Origin: a virus
Taxonomy: Duplodnaviria > Caudoviricetes
Length of the DNA stretch: 64,000 bases
Virus record (IMG/VR): IMGVR_UViG_3300011947_000001
Span: 18,103 to 82,102 of that record
Direction: 5' to 3' (one strand)
In this document: positions 28,159 through 36,937 of the stretch, piece by piece
How the letters are laid out: the number at the start of each line of letters is the position of its first letter
How positions within the stretch are numbered: the stretch's first letter is position 1
Notes under the pieces: generated by a model
What the model was told of the DNA's origin: nothing
Seen by the model: the letters and a program-made list of their open reading frames with translations, nothing else
Database searches by the model: none
Translations under genes and position numbers: made by a program

Positions 28159-28548
28159 TTATTCCCAAACAGTAACTTGCTTAACAACAGGCTTCACTTC
28201 ATGATAACCTTCATATTCAGAACCATAGTGTGATGCGTACCAACCATGAAATTTGATTGCTACAGATTCATCACCACGTGTGAATTTCCAGATGTAGTAA
28301 TAATCGCGCCCGCAATCTTCACCACCATAATTATCAACATATTCAAACGTGATATCCTTGGCAAGCTTGATGATTTCAAGATCAAGTTCGGTGAAGTCTT
28401 TACTATCTGACTCTAACTGTGCAACAACAAGTTCTTCGAAGCTATTTTCCTTATTAGGATAAGCTGAAAAATCTTCATGGAAAAAAGCATTTTCCATATC
28501 CTCACAATGACCAATAATCTTAGTCAAATCTTCATACAATGTACCCAT
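28159..28548 (-). CDS. Hypothetical protein, paralog family F (KF..G.Y.SY.G..Y)
   Basis: C-terminal YIWKFTRGDESVAIKFHGWYASHYGSEYEGYHEVKPVVKQVTVWE. Confidence 0.75.
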   Translation of the reverse strand: MGTLYEDLTKIIGHCEDMENAFFHEDFSAYPNKENSFEELVVAQLESDSKDFTELDLEIIKLAKDITFEYVDNYGGEDCGRDYYYIWKFTRGDESVAIKFHGWYASHYGSEYEGYHEVKPVVKQVTVWE

Positions 28549-28561
28549 GTCTTCTACTCCA

Positions 28562-28800
28562 TCACTCAAAAGTTAATACCGACTTCACTACAGGATTCGC
28601 ACGATAGAAAACATGAAATGTATTACCATAATGGGAATGATGAATCCCCATCAAATTTGATATGCACTTCTTCATCATTTCGTGTAAATTTGTAAATTTT
28701 GAAGTATGATAACCCATCTTTTTCGTTATTACCACCAAATTCTTAAATTATTTCAAATATGATTTCATTTGATAGATGGGTTACAAATTTGTATGTTGGA
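28562..28800 (-). pseudogene. Degraded paralog of family F
   Basis: Reads THLSNEIIFEII*EFGG...IYKFTRNDEEVHIKFDG, then after a +1 shift IHHSHYGNTFHVFYRANPVVKSVLTFE*; premature TAA at 28743-28745 and an extra G in the GGGG run at 28646-28649. Confidence 0.8.
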
Positions 28801-28939
28801 GTTAGTCACAGCTAAGGCGATGATATAAAAAAGGGTATTACTAGAGTAACACCCGTTAAATAATGATTCAATCACATCAGTACAAGGTTGATAAGAAAAT
28901 CAACTGCTTATATTCATAAAGTGAATGCATCATATATGC

Positions 28940-29257
28940 TTATTCGAAGAAATAAACAACTTTTTCTTTCTGTTCGACCAATTGAATATCATTTCCATAT
29001 GAAAGACCTTCGCAGGAATTTTCATACTTTGTAAATTTCAAGAATACAACTTGATTTTCACGTTCGAATTTCATAATAGTAAATAAGTATTCATGTTGTG
29101 CCACTTCATGACTGATATTCATATTTTTTATAATATCGCGTATGCCGTGATGATTGCCTTCAATGAATTGAGTATATTCATAGCTATCATCAATAGCAGA
29201 AAAGAAGTCAACTAACATTCCGCCAAAAAATTTCTGTAATTCAGTATACATATTCAT
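28940..29257 (-). CDS. Hypothetical protein, paralog family F
   Basis: IMKFERENQVVFLKF...SCEG.SY...LVEQKEKVVYFFE. Confidence 0.7.
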   Translation of the reverse strand: MNMYTELQKFFGGMLVDFFSAIDDSYEYTQFIEGNHHGIRDIIKNMNISHEVAQHEYLFTIMKFERENQVVFLKFTKYENSCEGLSYGNDIQLVEQKEKVVYFFE

Positions 29258-29357
29258 ATGTCCTATTTTAATTCGATGATAATATAAGATTTAGGAGTAA
29301 CCATTGAATAACCATCATTATTCGCCAATTTGAAAGAGCTAGAATGTCAGTCATCAG

Positions 29358-29681
29358 TTATGACTTCTTAGGCATAACGCTTAAATCGATATATGCGTGG
29401 CTACCGAAGTATAAAACCCAAGATAGCCTACCATGCGGTTTTGCTTCTGGTTCAGCGTGAAACTTCTCAAAAGCAACTCCTGCAAACATATTTAAATGTT
29501 CAGCAAGTGTTTGCGCTAATTCAGTTGCTTCAATAGCACTATCAGTCCAAGGGATAGCAACCAAATCAAAATCAAGATTCATTGTTCCATGTACAGCAAG
29601 TGCATATCCATTATCTCTAGCAATATCACACAACCCACAGTACATGGATGCAAAAATAGGTGAAAAGGTTGGTTCTTTCAT
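29358..29681 (-). CDS. Conserved phage hypothetical protein
   Basis: IARDNGYALAVHGTMNLDFDLVAIPWT motif recurrent in phage proteins. Confidence 0.75.
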   Translation of the reverse strand: MKEPTFSPIFASMYCGLCDIARDNGYALAVHGTMNLDFDLVAIPWTDSAIEATELAQTLAEHLNMFAGVAFEKFHAEPEAKPHGRLSWVLYFGSHAYIDLSVMPKKS

Positions 29682-29705
29682 TATGAGTTATTCCACACGA
29701 TATTC

Positions 29706-29894
29706 CTAAATAGAAACATAACACAGATCAATTACACACGTTATTCCGTAGAGCCATTTAAATTTACTTAAAGCAGATTTAATACTTTCGATGATACGTT
29801 CTTTATGCTGAAGACAATCCAACTGAAATATCTTTTCGTTGTGAGTCTTTGCACTATTGTATGCGTCAATCAAATTCTTGTTCGTCATTTGCAT
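29706..29894 (-). CDS. Hypothetical protein (TAG-terminated)
   Basis: Short ORF; in-frame TAA five codons after the TAG. Confidence 0.45.
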   Translation of the reverse strand: MQMTNKNLIDAYNSAKTHNEKIFQLDCLQHKERIIESIKSALSKFKWLYGITCVIDLCYVSI

Positions 29895-30189
29895 ATTTCT
29901 CATTATATTCTTTCCAAAGCTGATCATATGTGATGTAACAATCTAGCGGGAAAAATTTAATATGTTCTTTAGTATATTCACGAATCTGATGACCAAGTTC
30001 ATGAGATAGGTTTTGGAATGATGGATATGGCAATCTACCTTCATCTTCCAGATGACTAGAAGCTTCTAGGAACATCCCAATTTGATATAAAAAATCAAGC
30101 GGAACGGTAACGGTTTTACCGTCCAGCTTTCCTTTTACAACTTCCAGCATTTGTGCTGCATATTCTTCACGCGAAATTTCTTCAGTCAT
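29866..30189 (-). CDS. Hypothetical protein
   Basis: 107 aa ORF. Confidence 0.65.
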   Translation of the reverse strand: MTEEISREEYAAQMLEVVKGKLDGKTVTVPLDFLYQIGMFLEASSHLEDEGRLPYPSFQNLSHELGHQIREYTKEHIKFFPLDCYITYDQLWKEYNEKYANDEQEFD

Positions 30190-30202
30190 ATATCACCAAA
30201 TA

Positions 30203-30859
30203 TTATTCTTCAGTTGAATCCTCAACATCTTCAGTCAAAACTTCAACTTCGATCTGTTCAACTTCTTCCAGTAAGATACCCAATGCTTGTTCACGCAAGA
30301 AACGTGCATTGTTGGTTTGTGGTTCTTGATGACGCAATTCAATTGATACGTCTTCAGTCAAAGAACGGAATTCGAATGAACGGCCGCCAATCTTAGAATA
30401 GAATTGAGTTTTGATATTGCCAAATGTAGCATTACCAACTTTTACCTTTTTGTTGTATTCGATCCAGTCGCATTCTTTAGATGTTCCCCAAAGATACGCA
30501 TTCTGACCACCTTGTGGAATGATCAATACAGAATCTTGCTTGTATTTGTAGCCAAGGCGGAAAATAAATTTATCGAATTCATTATCAGTTAAACCCGTGT
30601 TCTGAACAAAGAAAGAAAGTTCTTTTACAACTGTTTCTTTTCCTTCTGCATCCACTTCGACATAGTTTCCCTGCACTTGTGTATAGGACAAACCTTTTTT
30701 TGAAAGAAGCCCAGCTAATTCAGCATTACGTTTACGTTTTTCTTGCTTGGTTGCGTCCCCACGGAATGCAGTCAAGATTGCGCAACGGGATTCTTCAGTT
30801 TTACGAAGAACTTTTGTTAAAGAAGATTCAGCCAAGTATTGTGTGAATTCATTAGACAT
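30203..30859 (-). CDS. Putative internal head protein (CTS-like start)
   Basis: MSNEFTQYLAESSL; AILTAFRG...KYKQDSVLI conserved phage-protein pattern; ATTAAATA upstream. Confidence 0.72.
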   Translation of the reverse strand: MSNEFTQYLAESSLTKVLRKTEESRCAILTAFRGDATKQEKRKRNAELAGLLSKKGLSYTQVQGNYVEVDAEGKETVVKELSFFVQNTGLTDNEFDKFIFRLGYKYKQDSVLIIPQGGQNAYLWGTSKECDWIEYNKKVKVGNATFGNIKTQFYSKIGGRSFEFRSLTEDVSIELRHQEPQTNNARFLREQALGILLEEVEQIEVEVLTEDVEDSTEE

Positions 30860-30917
30860 TTTAATTAACCTGTTAATAATTTAGTATTCAAATAATAACA
30901 TTATTTAATCAAATTTG

Positions 30918-31148
30918 TCAAATATGATTTTGACTAGCTCTTTCGAATTCAGCAATTACTTCTTCAGGGGTAGAAAGATTAGAATTAATAATATTATTAT
31001 CATTCCAGTAATCATCCCCAACATCAACTGTAGTAGTAGATACGCATCTGATCAATTGTTCACATGATTGTTTAATATCAACCAATATATCTTCAACTTC
31101 AAATGATTCAAAATCAACAACAATTAATTCAATTCGATGTAGTTTCAT
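30918..31148 (-). CDS. Hypothetical protein
   Basis: 76 aa ORF. Confidence 0.6.
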   Translation of the reverse strand: MKLHRIELIVVDFESFEVEDILVDIKQSCEQLIRCVSTTTVDVGDDYWNDNNIINSNLSTPEEVIAEFERASQNHI

Positions 31149-31359
31149 ATTTCAATTCCCTTCCTAGTTCATCATCACATTCGACATTTCGCATCAGTAA
31201 TTCACCGTGGCGTGATTCTAATTCGTTCATGGATACCAATTCACATCCACATTTACAGCGGGTGATCTTGACTGGGTATCCATAACAACCACACATATAA
31301 CCGCTACAACACGTTAATAATTCAAAGCCAGTATCATCACATGTACTACATTCACTCAT
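31129..31359 (-). CDS. Small Cys-rich hypothetical protein
   Basis: CSTC...CCSGYMCGC...CKC; start moved to 31359. Confidence 0.6.
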   Translation of the reverse strand: MSECSTCDDTGFELLTCCSGYMCGCYGYPVKITRCKCGCELVSMNELESRHGELLMRNVECDDELGRELKYETTSN

Positions 31360-31687
31360 ATCGAACCTCATGGGTAAATACCATTCTTGCGCCATCCACC
31401 AGTTCCCCGAAAAACTCAATTATACATGGATATTTTTCTATTGTTGTATCTTCTGGCAACCTATATGCATTCATGATAATTATATTTTCAAATTCATTGT
31501 TTATGCGCCAAATATCACATTCCAGACGTTGAATCATGAATTTTAAATCATTTACATAATTAGCTTCTTCACCGGATGTAGTTTTAACAAACCCATTCAG
31601 AATTTCCAAATCACCAGCATAGAAAAAATCTTTATACGCATTATAAAGAATTCTTCTATGTGCATGTCTTATTTCCTGCTTATTCAT
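31352..31687 (-). CDS. Hypothetical protein
   Basis: 111 aa ORF in a tight operon. Confidence 0.65.
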   Translation of the reverse strand: MNKQEIRHAHRRILYNAYKDFFYAGDLEILNGFVKTTSGEEANYVNDLKFMIQRLECDIWRINNEFENIIIMNAYRLPEDTTIEKYPCIIEFFGELVDGARMVFTHEVRYE

Positions 31688-32009
31688 ATACAGTAATAAC
31701 TTGCTGTTTTGGTTCTACAAATTTCCAACCATGATAATTTTCCCCAATATATGATTGATATGATCCAAAAAAGCGAACATAAAATTCATCAGAACCATAT
31801 GTAAACTTATATACTGAATATTGGGTGCAACCATCACCATTATAGTAAATATCGCCAGCGATCAAGGTTTCAATGCGGAAATATTTAGTGCATTCTTCAT
31901 TTGCATAAAATGTAAGATCGTCTGTATTATAACCATTGAATAGATAATTGATTTCGCGATCATCTATGCTATCCAATTGTTTAGCTAGACAATCTTTTAA
32001 ATCATGCAT
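31680..32009 (-). CDS. Hypothetical protein, paralog family F
   Basis: YSVYKFTYGSDEFYVRFFGSYQSYIGENYHGWKFVEPKQQVITVYE. Confidence 0.78.
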   Translation of the reverse strand: MHDLKDCLAKQLDSIDDREINYLFNGYNTDDLTFYANEECTKYFRIETLIAGDIYYNGDGCTQYSVYKFTYGSDEFYVRFFGSYQSYIGENYHGWKFVEPKQQVITVYE

Positions 32010-32346
32010 CTGTTTCATATATCACCACCGTTTTTTCTTTAGGAGAAACAAATTCCCACCCATCATATTCAGTACCATTATAAGATTCATATGTCCCATA
32101 GAATCGAACAAAATATTCCTCATCTTCATATGAAAACTTATATACAGAAAACCGTTCTAAGCCATCACCTGTATAATGAATTTCAGCCGATTTAACACAT
32201 TCGTCATCAAAGTATCCGACTTCTTTATCGCCATCCAATATTACAAGTATAGGATCATAACTAAAACTACCAAGAACAAGTTTTAGTAAATCACTTTCTT
32301 TAAGCTTATTCAAACCAGCTTCCAACTGACTTTTATACTTATTCAT
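32002..32346 (-). CDS. Hypothetical protein, paralog family F
   Basis: FSVYKFSYEDEEYFVRFYGTYESYNGTEYDGWEFVSPKEKTVVIYE. Confidence 0.78.
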   Translation of the reverse strand: MNKYKSQLEAGLNKLKESDLLKLVLGSFSYDPILVILDGDKEVGYFDDECVKSAEIHYTGDGLERFSVYKFSYEDEEYFVRFYGTYESYNGTEYDGWEFVSPKEKTVVIYETDA

Positions 32347-32668
32347 ATATAATCACCTTTTTTACTTTCGCTTCGACAAATTCATAATTTACATATTCAG
32401 CGCCAATATAAGAATGATAATGACCATTAAATTTCACCAACTGCTTTTCCCCAGTCACCTCATCTGTAAACTCATATACTGTGTAGTATTCCAGACCTTT
32501 GTTTTCCCCGCCTTGTTGGTGAATCTGTTTATACAGAAAACCATACATTTCAATTACATATTTTCTGGTTTCTTCTTCAAGAATAGTTAATAAATCACCA
32601 TTAAACATATACTTACAAATACTTTCATCTTTCAGTAATTCGGTTAACTTATCCTTTAAAGTAGACAT
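32339..32668 (-). CDS. Hypothetical protein, paralog family F
   Basis: YTVYEFTDEVTGEKQLVKFNGHYHSYIGAEYVNYEFVEAKVKKVIIYE. Confidence 0.78.
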   Translation of the reverse strand: MSTLKDKLTELLKDESICKYMFNGDLLTILEEETRKYVIEMYGFLYKQIHQQGGENKGLEYYTVYEFTDEVTGEKQLVKFNGHYHSYIGAEYVNYEFVEAKVKKVIIYE

Positions 32669-33491
32669 GATCCTTTCCCTCTTTCAATTTCAAATAGTCT
32701 TCAATCATCAAAAACCGAACCTTTCTGAACAGTTTATTTACCAATTCTGGATAATTATCAATTGCATAATCACGGAACCAGCCGCTAGTCAATGTGGTAC
32801 AAACCTTATCCAAGGATAAAATAAATGCAGTCTGATAACCAAATTTGTAATCCCTTGGGATCAGGAATCGTTCAAACGCAATAACAGTTGCTTCTTCCAT
32901 GATACATAGAAGCTTTTCCTGATGTGTAAACTGATCCCATTTATCTTTGATACACCAAACAGAATCAACACTGGTATCTTGCATGCGCTTATACATGGGT
33001 ACATCATTATATGCCACTACTTCATGTAGATAATCATGATCGAATTTCTTCACCACGAAATCATCAAAAAACTGATCCTTGGTTTTCTTCAATGATGGAT
33101 GTTTATATGGGTATGCTTGCATAGTTAATTCAGTACGTTCTTTTAATAACGCATGATCATACTCATCATATTCAAACGATCCATCCATGATATGTTTATG
33201 ATACATGGTGATGTGCTTCTGGAACCCTAGATCACGCCACAAATGGCTTCTTTTGACGATAGATAGACCTTTCAGGTTTAGAGGGTATAACTCCACCCCA
33301 TTGTGTATAATAGGCGGTAAAGTGGCGTAGCGTTCCAATTTGAAGCAGTTTAGGTGATCTGGATCATGGACTTCAGCCCAATCTAATTTATCATAGGTGA
33401 TTACATCCCAATCCGTCCATTCACGGATATGAGAATTGTAATCTGGTTTATTAGCTGCTAATGCACGTGATCCAATTAGTATATTCTTCAT
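32649..33491 (-). CDS. Putative nucleotidyltransferase-like phage protein
   Basis: ILIGSRAL...DWDV (GS...DxD) N-terminus; DHDYLHE and EEA.VIA.ER C-terminal motifs. Confidence 0.6.
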   Translation of the reverse strand: MKNILIGSRALAANKPDYNSHIREWTDWDVITYDKLDWAEVHDPDHLNCFKLERYATLPPIIHNGVELYPLNLKGLSIVKRSHLWRDLGFQKHITMYHKHIMDGSFEYDEYDHALLKERTELTMQAYPYKHPSLKKTKDQFFDDFVVKKFDHDYLHEVVAYNDVPMYKRMQDTSVDSVWCIKDKWDQFTHQEKLLCIMEEATVIAFERFLIPRDYKFGYQTAFILSLDKVCTTLTSGWFRDYAIDNYPELVNKLFRKVRFLMIEDYLKLKEGKDHVYFKG

Positions 33492-34093
33492 TGTGATTCC
33501 AACCACTTTGTAACAAGTTCTTCAGATGCAGTCTTTGAATTAAAAACCCAGCAACCGTCCATAAGAATATAGTGATCAGGGAAATCCACGACCGAAACCT
33601 TACATTTACGCATATATTGACCCCATGAATCACGATCTACAAATTGACGCTTATATCCAAGATCATGAACATAATCATATAACTTATCACATTGCGCTTG
33701 AAAATTATCATAGTCCAAAAGGAACCAGCGACCTTCATGTAAATCACCCTTCACCCCAAAAATATTATTATACTCAAAGGTATATAAAGACGATAAATCT
33801 AGGTGCTTCAAATCTTCAGTCGAATAAGCTCGAATATTTGGAGCAACATGTTTTTCATAAAATTTAGTGATATAGTAATTGTCTGTTATATCAATTATAT
33901 AATCATCAATCGATTCAGGTTTAATAATGAATGCTTGTTTACCATTATAATAAAAGTTTGTTGATTGAACATATGGTTCAGTATTATCCAGTGATTCAAT
34001 TATAGAAACTGCCGATAATCCACTCACTTCCTTAAAATGAATTCTTTGAGTTTCAATAGTTCTTTTTTTACTTTCTATTTTTAGCTTATTCAT
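33488..34093 (-). CDS. Hypothetical protein
   Basis: 201 aa ORF. Confidence 0.7.
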   Translation of the reverse strand: MNKLKIESKKRTIETQRIHFKEVSGLSAVSIIESLDNTEPYVQSTNFYYNGKQAFIIKPESIDDYIIDITDNYYITKFYEKHVAPNIRAYSTEDLKHLDLSSLYTFEYNNIFGVKGDLHEGRWFLLDYDNFQAQCDKLYDYVHDLGYKRQFVDRDSWGQYMRKCKVSVVDFPDHYILMDGCWVFNSKTASEELVTKWLESQ

Positions 34094-34174
34094 AGAATGA
34101 ACACATATGGTAACTATATTTGCGAAGTAAACTTATACAGCTATCATCAGCTAAAATTCACTTCCAAATATAAT

Positions 34175-34222
34175 TGATCTCAACATCGTGGTAATTTTAA
34201 CATCATCACGATGTTGAGATCA
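34175..34222. repeat. Perfect 16-bp inverted repeat in an untranslated leader
   Basis: TGATCTCAACATCGTG (34175-34190) / CACGATGTTGAGATCA (34207-34222). Confidence 0.85.
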
Positions 34223-34301
34223 CCGCTTCCAATCACCCAAGGGTTTAGTTAAACGGTTCGCTGTTTACGAATTTGATTATATAATAACAAATATGAGTTT
34301 G

Positions 34302-34619
34302 TCAAACTTTTTTAAGGGTTGTTTTATATAACCAAGCGTTATTATGAATTTGAGGATCACGATATAATTCTACTGATTCAACAGTATAGCCATCAACTTT
34401 ATCCCCAATTACATGTGGGGGAGCTATTTCTAAATACCCTTCTTCTGGATAATCACCCGACCAAATCCACATAGAAGTATCACGCATTTTCTGAATCAGA
34501 TTTTCAGGTATAGGAATATAACCAAAGTCATTTAACCAGTCTTCATCACAACCTGACAACCATTGAATAGATACTAAATCTTTTTCACTAACAAGATCAT
34601 ATTTGTAATTAATCGACAT
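34302..34619 (-). CDS. Hypothetical protein
   Basis: 105 aa ORF. Confidence 0.65.
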   Translation of the reverse strand: MSINYKYDLVSEKDLVSIQWLSGCDEDWLNDFGYIPIPENLIQKMRDTSMWIWSGDYPEEGYLEIAPPHVIGDKVDGYTVESVELYRDPQIHNNAWLYKTTLKKV

Positions 34620-34678
34620 TTCATTTCACCATTTTAATTTAAATAAGAACATAATATATATTTAACAGTGTAGATACA

Positions 34679-35485
34679 ATGAAATACGTTGATTTTTTAA
34701 TCGAAAAGAAAAAATACGATAATACCGATGAAATCGATATAGAAGAATTCAAAAAAATATACGCTAATCTTGATAACAAGAAGCCGTTCTACCGTGGAAT
34801 GAAAAGTGCCCCTAGTGATATCATGATTGTCGATGGTTCCAAACGAGAACGAAAATCATTGGACATCGGGAACCATTACACCGTTCTGTTTGATGAAATG
34901 AATAAAGATTTACCAAACCGAAAAAATGCAGTCTTTTTTTCTGGTAGTAACAACGTTTCATTCTTTGGCACAGTTTATTATGTGTTTCCATTCAACAATA
35001 CCAAGATCGTATGTGTTAATAAAAAGGATATGTGGGGAGTACCAGTTTATACTCCATTGAAATCTAAAAGAAAATCATTTATCGATATGCAAGATGTTAT
35101 CAATATATTTGACACGCTAAATATTCCTGATGATAGTTTATCTAGTATCGTCAGTGGAATCAAAAAGATTGTGAAAAATTTTGTTGATAAATATCCACAA
35201 AAAGTAGATCATGAAATGATTGAATTCATTGATGCAACTCATATCAATAAGTTATTACATGACGATAAATATGACGAAGTATTAGCTATTATGTTTGAAT
35301 ATAATGATGCTACTGTTGAAAGTCAGCTTAAACAAATGTTTAACTATGAAAAATTGAAGTTCAGTGTATATAATTCATCTAAAGATTTACCTGATAGCTA
35401 TCTACCCTATGAATATTGGATTGATGGTAAAGCACTGATTATCGATAAATCATTATTCGATTCCATTAGAAAAGACCTTGAATAA
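34679..35485 (+). CDS. CTS-tagged ART-like protein, paralog 1
   Basis: MKYVDFLIE; FYRGM...RKS...NHYT...P.R...FS...FG.VY.VFP...DMW...EYW.DG. Confidence 0.7.
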   Translation: MKYVDFLIEKKKYDNTDEIDIEEFKKIYANLDNKKPFYRGMKSAPSDIMIVDGSKRERKSLDIGNHYTVLFDEMNKDLPNRKNAVFFSGSNNVSFFGTVYYVFPFNNTKIVCVNKKDMWGVPVYTPLKSKRKSFIDMQDVINIFDTLNIPDDSLSSIVSGIKKIVKNFVDKYPQKVDHEMIEFIDATHINKLLHDDKYDEVLAIMFEYNDATVESQLKQMFNYEKLKFSVYNSSKDLPDSYLPYEYWIDGKALIIDKSLFDSIRKDLE

Positions 35486-35496
35486 GGTCTTTTCTT

Positions 35497-35883
35497 TTAT
35501 AATCCCATTTCTTTAGTAATTGGTATGCATATCGCCATGACCTGCTTACATTGCATTACTGTGAACATACCAATATGACAATCCTTAGCTTCGATTCTCA
35601 TTTTTTCTGACAGCATCTTATATGCTTCAGATCGTGACATTTTTCCAGATTTCCAAAGCTTATCAAATACATTATGCGCCAAAAGCTTATTCTTTCTTAG
35701 TTCCGCATTAGCCAATCGCCCTAATGGATTATCTGTATTTGGATGACAACCCACATACGCACCACATGGATTACAAAGATAGAAGTTTTTTTCATGTAGC
35801 TTTGATAAATGTGGATATATTACATCACCTTTCACCAAAGATGATTTCTGATCACAATAAGGACAGATAGGATGCTTAGACAT
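35497..35883 (-). CDS. Zinc-finger protein (DUF3268-like)
   Basis: CPYC...CNPCGAYVGCH...PLGRLANAELR...AH..FD.LW...CHIGMF; start moved to 35883. Confidence 0.85.
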   Translation of the reverse strand: MSKHPICPYCDQKSSLVKGDVIYPHLSKLHEKNFYLCNPCGAYVGCHPNTDNPLGRLANAELRKNKLLAHNVFDKLWKSGKMSRSEAYKMLSEKMRIEAKDCHIGMFTVMQCKQVMAICIPITKEMGL

Positions 35884-35947
35884 ATGATTTATAAAATATA
35901 AAATGGTATGATCGGAACCATACCATTTTTGTATACACAAAGTCAAA

Positions 35948-36928
35948 TTAGACTTTCTTTTTGATTTCTTCCCATTTGTCATAAGCCACGGCAACACATT
36001 TGTCGCCAAACCAACATTCAATATCTTCATGATCCGTGTGTTGATTCAAACGTTCAGTTTTGATCAATTCAAACCCTAAGTCATACGGATCATATACATC
36101 GCGAATAACTTTTTCTATTTCATCGCGGGAAAGTTCTTCATAACCAAACATTCTAACAAGAATAGCATATTTTGCCATATTACTATCTTCCAATGCATCA
36201 GCAAGGGCATCTGCATCATTAGCCAAATCAAATCCAAAATGTGTTTCTGTATCATTCACAATATCTTTGATTGCATCTTCATCAGCTTCATAATCTTCAT
36301 CATAATCATCATCATCTTCATCATGCGAATCGTGATATATATCTTCAGCATATTGCTTTATTTCCATAAGACCGTCGCGATGATCACGCACCAACACATT
36401 AAGAATATCATAATAATTAGAATCGCTGATATTCATGAATTCGAACACACGGTTCCATTGATTGATTTTTAGATCAAAATCACCAATTTCTATATCTGTA
36501 GTCCAAATATCTTCAGTACCAATATAACCAATATCAACACCTTTGAATGGCAAGATCACATACAATTTTCCGTAGTGTTCAGCCGTCTTTTTAGATGTCG
36601 AACAGATGATTGATTCAGAACGTAACGGGTAATTCTTATAATTAGCCCCAGTTTTGAGAATTTCATCAATGATCACGGTATAATAGTTAGTCGTATTCTT
36701 AGATGTACGTTTTCCCTTGGAACCATCAATGATATAGAAATCACCCTCATCTTCAAACCCACGATATAGATAGTTCTTGACATCACATTTATCTTTGATC
36801 AACTTGACGATTTCATCTTCATTGTCGATCTTCTTGCGATAATTTGTCATGTCCTTGAACATTGGATGCGGGTCTTTATCTTCTTTTTTATCTGATTCAA
36901 TGATCAGTTTGTATTGTTTAAATTTCAT
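35948..36928 (-). CDS. CTS-tagged ART-like protein, paralog 2 (acidic insert)
   Basis: MKFKQYKLIIES; LYRG, PLRSESIICST, HYG, DIW, ECWFG. Confidence 0.72.
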   Translation of the reverse strand: MKFKQYKLIIESDKKEDKDPHPMFKDMTNYRKKIDNEDEIVKLIKDKCDVKNYLYRGFEDEGDFYIIDGSKGKRTSKNTTNYYTVIIDEILKTGANYKNYPLRSESIICSTSKKTAEHYGKLYVILPFKGVDIGYIGTEDIWTTDIEIGDFDLKINQWNRVFEFMNISDSNYYDILNVLVRDHRDGLMEIKQYAEDIYHDSHDEDDDDYDEDYEADEDAIKDIVNDTETHFGFDLANDADALADALEDSNMAKYAILVRMFGYEELSRDEIEKVIRDVYDPYDLGFELIKTERLNQHTDHEDIECWFGDKCVAVAYDKWEEIKKKV

Positions 36929-36937
36929 TAGATAACC

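Noticed and set aside
35884-36030. N-terminal extension of the DUF3268-like ORF
   Set aside because: It overlaps the end of ART-like paralog 2 in another frame; the domain starts at 35883.
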